Below, one piece after another: positions 31,070-33,748 of a stretch of DNA of 33,748 nt; the stretch's first letter is position 1; each line of letters begins with the position of its first letter. The notes under the pieces are model-generated. The model was not told where the DNA came from. It saw only the letters and a list, made by a program, of their open reading frames with translations, and ran no database searches. Origin of the DNA: Parcubacteria group bacterium Gr01-1014_56 (GTDB lineage Bacteria; Patescibacteriota; Minisyncoccia; Phycocordibacterales; SBAW01); contig VMFK01000005.1 of NCBI GenBank assembly GCA_007375995.1, forward strand, positions 1 to 33,748. Direction: 5' to 3'. A program made the position numbers and the translations under genes.

Positions 31070-31759
31070 CTACTTATCGAAGACAAAATAATATAAGACT
31101 GTTGGAGGTATGCCGGTGCGAACCACCATATTATTACCTGCATCAAGGCGCGCACAGACCACAGCAATACCACTGTTCAACAAGCATTGCTCGGTTGTGG
31201 TGAGATCAAATGAAGCATATCGAATTGATGCGCTTAAGTACGCTTTCCATATCCCTCCCTGCTTCACAATAAAACCGCCAGTCTGCGCCATATCGCCAGC
31301 AGAAAACGGACCAAAGAACTGTACAATGAGTGAATCGGAAGTAAGAGTGATCGTCTGCGTTGTGCCTGCTGGTATGCCACCACTGGTGCTAATCGAGCCA
31401 CCGCTCCCCCCGCTGCTCCCCCCAACACCCGCCCAACTACCACCAGAGTTCTTGTACTCCACTGTGCCGCTGTTGTTGCGCAGGCCGTAGCCGGAGCTTC
31501 CAGCAACAGTGCCGAAGTTGAGGTAGTTAGTAGTACCCGAGAGGATGAGGTCACCAAAGACGGCGAGGGCATTCACTCCTAGTATGCCGTTCTTTGTCTG
31601 CGACGTAGTTCCCTCGTTGATAGGGGCAGCAACGTTGTTGTTGGGTGGGTTTGCTGGAGGTGATGTCCAGGCATGGAGGTAATTGACGGAGAGGGCAAAG
31701 GCAAAAGCCACTGTGAGTACCAAAAACTGTGTGAGAGTGCGTTTGGTGGTGGTCGTCAT
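31070..31759 (-). CDS. Secreted protein, paralog 1 of tandem array (conserved N-module, unique Gly/Ser-rich C-terminal domain)
   Basis: N-terminal ~105 aa are nearly identical to the two upstream genes (signal peptide ...SVNYLHA|WTSPPANPPNNNVAAPINEGTTSQTKNGILGV...). The ATG overlaps the stop of paralog 2 (ATGA). Confidence 0.8.
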   Translation of the reverse strand: MTTTTKRTLTQFLVLTVAFAFALSVNYLHAWTSPPANPPNNNVAAPINEGTTSQTKNGILGVNALAVFGDLILSGTTNYLNFGTVAGSSGYGLRNNSGTVEYKNSGGSWAGVGGSSGGSGGSISTSGGIPAGTTQTITLTSDSLIVQFFGPFSAGDMAQTGGFIVKQGGIWKAYLSASIRYASFDLTTTEQCLLNSGIAVVCARLDAGNNMVVRTGIPPTVLYYFVFDK

Positions 31760-32358
31760 GGATAATTTACGAAAAGATTTAGGGGGATGCAGGATGCGCT
31801 AACAGAATATACTCCTCCGTTTTTTGTTACGTACTGACTAGAGCATTGGCTCCTAGGTGTAAGATTACCGTCGCAAGAAGAAGAAGTAAGCGTATCGTAT
31901 CCTGGGCTTCTGGGAGGAGTAGCACCAGAACATACATATACTTGCTGGCTTCCTATTCTCACTGTACCTGCAGTTAGAGTATTGGTTACCTCAAGTGAAG
32001 ATACTGTGCTTGGGAAAGACGCAGACGATGCACCCCACGAGCCACCACTGTTCTTGTACTCTAGCGTGCCGCTGTTGTTGCGGATGCCATAGCCAGCACT
32101 GCCTGCAACAGTCCCAAAGTTTAAGTAGTTGGTGCTGCCCGAGAGGATAAGGTCGCCAAAGACGGCAAGTGCGTTGACTCCCAAGATGCCGTTCTTGGTT
32201 TGTGAAGTGGTGCCTTCGTTGATAGGGGCAGCAACGTTGTTGTTGGGTGGGTTTGCGGGAGGAGAGGTCCAGGCATGGAGGTAGTTGACAGAGAGAGCAA
32301 ACGCAAAAGCCACTGTGAGTATTAAGAACTGGGCGGTTAGTCTTTTGGTGGTGGTCAT
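31756..32358 (-). CDS. Secreted protein, paralog 2 of tandem array (conserved N-module, 4-Cys C-terminal domain)
   Basis: Same N-module. C-terminus 'TAGTVRIGSQQVYVC...SSCDGNLT..SQCS...SASCIPLNLFVN' is homologous to, but strongly diverged from, paralog 3. Confidence 0.8.
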   Translation of the reverse strand: MTTTKRLTAQFLILTVAFAFALSVNYLHAWTSPPANPPNNNVAAPINEGTTSQTKNGILGVNALAVFGDLILSGSTNYLNFGTVAGSAGYGIRNNSGTLEYKNSGGSWGASSASFPSTVSSLEVTNTLTAGTVRIGSQQVYVCSGATPPRSPGYDTLTSSSCDGNLTPRSQCSSQYVTKNGGVYSVSASCIPLNLFVNYP

Positions 32359-32360
32359 GG

Positions 32361-32948
32361 TTAATTTATATAGAGATTTACTGCGGTGCAGGGAGAATTA
32401 GTGCGAACTATTCTCACATTTCCTTGATTGCTGTTGAAGGTCTCTTCGGAATCATACGAACAACTGCTCATAGTAGTAAGCTGGCCAGCGCAAGAAGAGC
32501 CCGAGCCGACGGTTGAGGGATTATTAGGGCACAAATATACTTGTCTGCTTCCTACCTTTACTGCGCCGGCGGTGACGGTCCCAGTAAACGTCACATCCCC
32601 ACTCCCACTCCCTCCAACCCCTGCCCACGCCCCACCAGAGTTCTTAAACTCAATGGTGCCGCTGTTGTTACGGATCCCGTAGCCGGAGCTACCTGCAACC
32701 GTGCCAAAGTTTAAGTAGTTGGTAGTACCTGAGAGGATGAGGTCGCCAAAAACGGCAAGTGCATTCACTCCTAGTATGCCGTTCTTGGTTTGTGAGGTAG
32801 TGCCTTCATTGATAGGTGCGGCAACGTTACTGTTGGGTGGGTTTGCTGGGGGAGAAGTCCAGGCGTGGAGGTAGTTGACGGAGAGGGCAAGCACAAAGGC
32901 TACCGTGAGTACGAGAAACTGTGCGGTTAGGCGTTTGGTGGTGGTCAT
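32361..32948 (-). CDS. Secreted protein, paralog 3 of tandem array (conserved N-module, 4-Cys C-terminal domain)
   Basis: Same N-module. C-terminus 'TAGAVKVGSRQVYLC...SSCAGQLTTMSSCS...NSPCTAVNLYIN'. 2-nt gap to paralog 2. Confidence 0.8.
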   Translation of the reverse strand: MTTTKRLTAQFLVLTVAFVLALSVNYLHAWTSPPANPPNSNVAAPINEGTTSQTKNGILGVNALAVFGDLILSGTTNYLNFGTVAGSSGYGIRNNSGTIEFKNSGGAWAGVGGSGSGDVTFTGTVTAGAVKVGSRQVYLCPNNPSTVGSGSSCAGQLTTMSSCSYDSEETFNSNQGNVRIVRTNSPCTAVNLYIN

Positions 32949-32957
32949 ATATATAAA

Positions 32958-33748
32958 TTATATCTCTTGAAAGACTGGGATCAGACTAACCGTTACCGTA
33001 TCTATAAATGTTGAGGCGTCGTTACCGATGCAGGTGAGTGTATAAACAGTTTTCTGCTGGATAGCAGAGGTGACAACGCCTGTTGTTTGCGAGGTAGCGT
33101 TCCACGAGGCCCCCGCACCTGAGCCACCCTCGCCGTTGCTACCCGAGACCGTACATGAAGCTACGTCTGCTATGTTCCAGTAGAGAGTGGTGGTAGTCCC
33201 CTTTCGTATAGTAGCGGTTTTTTTGCCGGGGCAAGCGACACCAACACTAAAGCACCCGCTCGGTGGAGGAGCGGTAATGCAGGCACCTGTCGTATCGGTA
33301 CAGAGATATGGTGCGCATTGGGTGGTGATTAAGTTGCACGCACTGTTGGTGTAGCTGCTCGACTGGTGGTCGACCGAGCATACGGGGGCGGTCGAGGTGC
33401 AAGAGCTGCTATTGCTGTTAAAATTTATCCAGCCGACGACGTCGCTCCCCCACGCGTAGGAAGAAGCGCCCCCTAACATAGAGACGGCATACCCAGTGCC
33501 CGCGAGCGAAATCCACCCGTCCCAGCCGTCAGTTCTGGTGGCTCCGGTGCAGTCGCCGTTTACAGTTCCCGAACACGCCCTGGCCCATCCCGATACTTGC
33601 CCGCTTGTTAAGTTAAGCCGCGCCTCACACGTCCCGGACGGACATCCCGCAAGTTGAGAATTGTTAAAACTAACCCAACCGATATTTTCCGACCATGTCC
33701 AACCAAATATATCTTGAGTACTTACGGCAGATGCCTCTTGATGAGAAA
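32958..33748 (-). CDS. Large secreted/surface protein, 5' end beyond window; GW..SENIGW.SFN-type repeats, Cys-rich region, C-terminal Ig-like domain
   Basis: My translation of 33480-33746 in the same frame has no stop (..FGWTWSENIGWVSFNNSQLAGCPSGTCEARL..DGWDGWISLAGTGYAVS-M..), so the M at 33479 is internal. 'YAWGSDVVGWINFN' is another repeat. Confidence 0.8.
   Translation of the reverse strand, partial: SHQEASAVSTQDIFGWTWSENIGWVSFNNSQLAGCPSGTCEARLNLTSGQVSGWARACSGTVNGDCTGATRTDGWDGWISLAGTGYAVSMLGGASSYAWGSDVVGWINFNSNSSSCTSTAPVCSVDHQSSSYTNSACNLITTQCAPYLCTDTTGACITAPPPSGCFSVGVACPGKKTATIRKGTTTTLYWNIADVASCTVSGSNGEGGSGAGASWNATSQTTGVVTSAIQQKTVYTLTCIGNDASTFIDTVTVSLIPVFQEI

Noticed and set aside
31070-32948. 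Diversity-generating retroelement (template/variable repeat) explanation for the paralog array
   Set aside because: There is no reverse-transcriptase ORF in the window. The conserved part is N-terminal, and the differences are spread over all bases rather than being adenine-specific.

Overview
33.7-kb window, almost entirely coding, with most genes on the minus strand. The backbone is roughly 50-60% GC, interleaved with AT-rich (~30%) gene blocks. Core content is a fragmented str/S10/spc ribosomal-protein supercluster on the minus strand: tuf-rpsJ | two inserted genes | rplC-rplD-rplW-rplB | one inserted opposite-strand gene | rpsS-rplV-rpsC-rplP-rpmC-rpsQ-[rplN/rplX chimera]-rplE | hairpin | rpsN-rpsH-rplF-rplR-rpsE-rplO-secY-adk-map-ndk. 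Also present: infC-rpmI-rplT on the plus strand, a membrane protein/beta-CASP RNase/TIGR00725-like trio, an AT-rich block of small housecleaning-type enzymes (HIT, cupin, two Nudix, ASCH, two alpha/beta hydrolases) plus an AbiJ-like gene, and secreted/surface-protein loci at both window ends. I recognised no rRNA, tRNA, CRISPR array or transposase. Absence of L30, mostly SD-less starts, GW..SENIGW.SFN-repeat surface proteins and a PaaX/Cas2-like small protein fit a CPR/Patescibacteria (Parcubacteria-like) genome; this is inference only. All family calls come from motif recognition by eye; no searches were run. Most notable observations: (1) an in-frame L14-L24 chimeric gene; (2) the ribosomal operon broken three times by inserted genes or terminators, including a gene bracketed by 34-bp palindromic repeats; (3) a translationally coupled array of three secreted paralogs with near-identical N-termini and divergent C-termini; (4) a compositional mosaic carrying an AbiJ-like gene and a duplicated promoter/5'UTR module.
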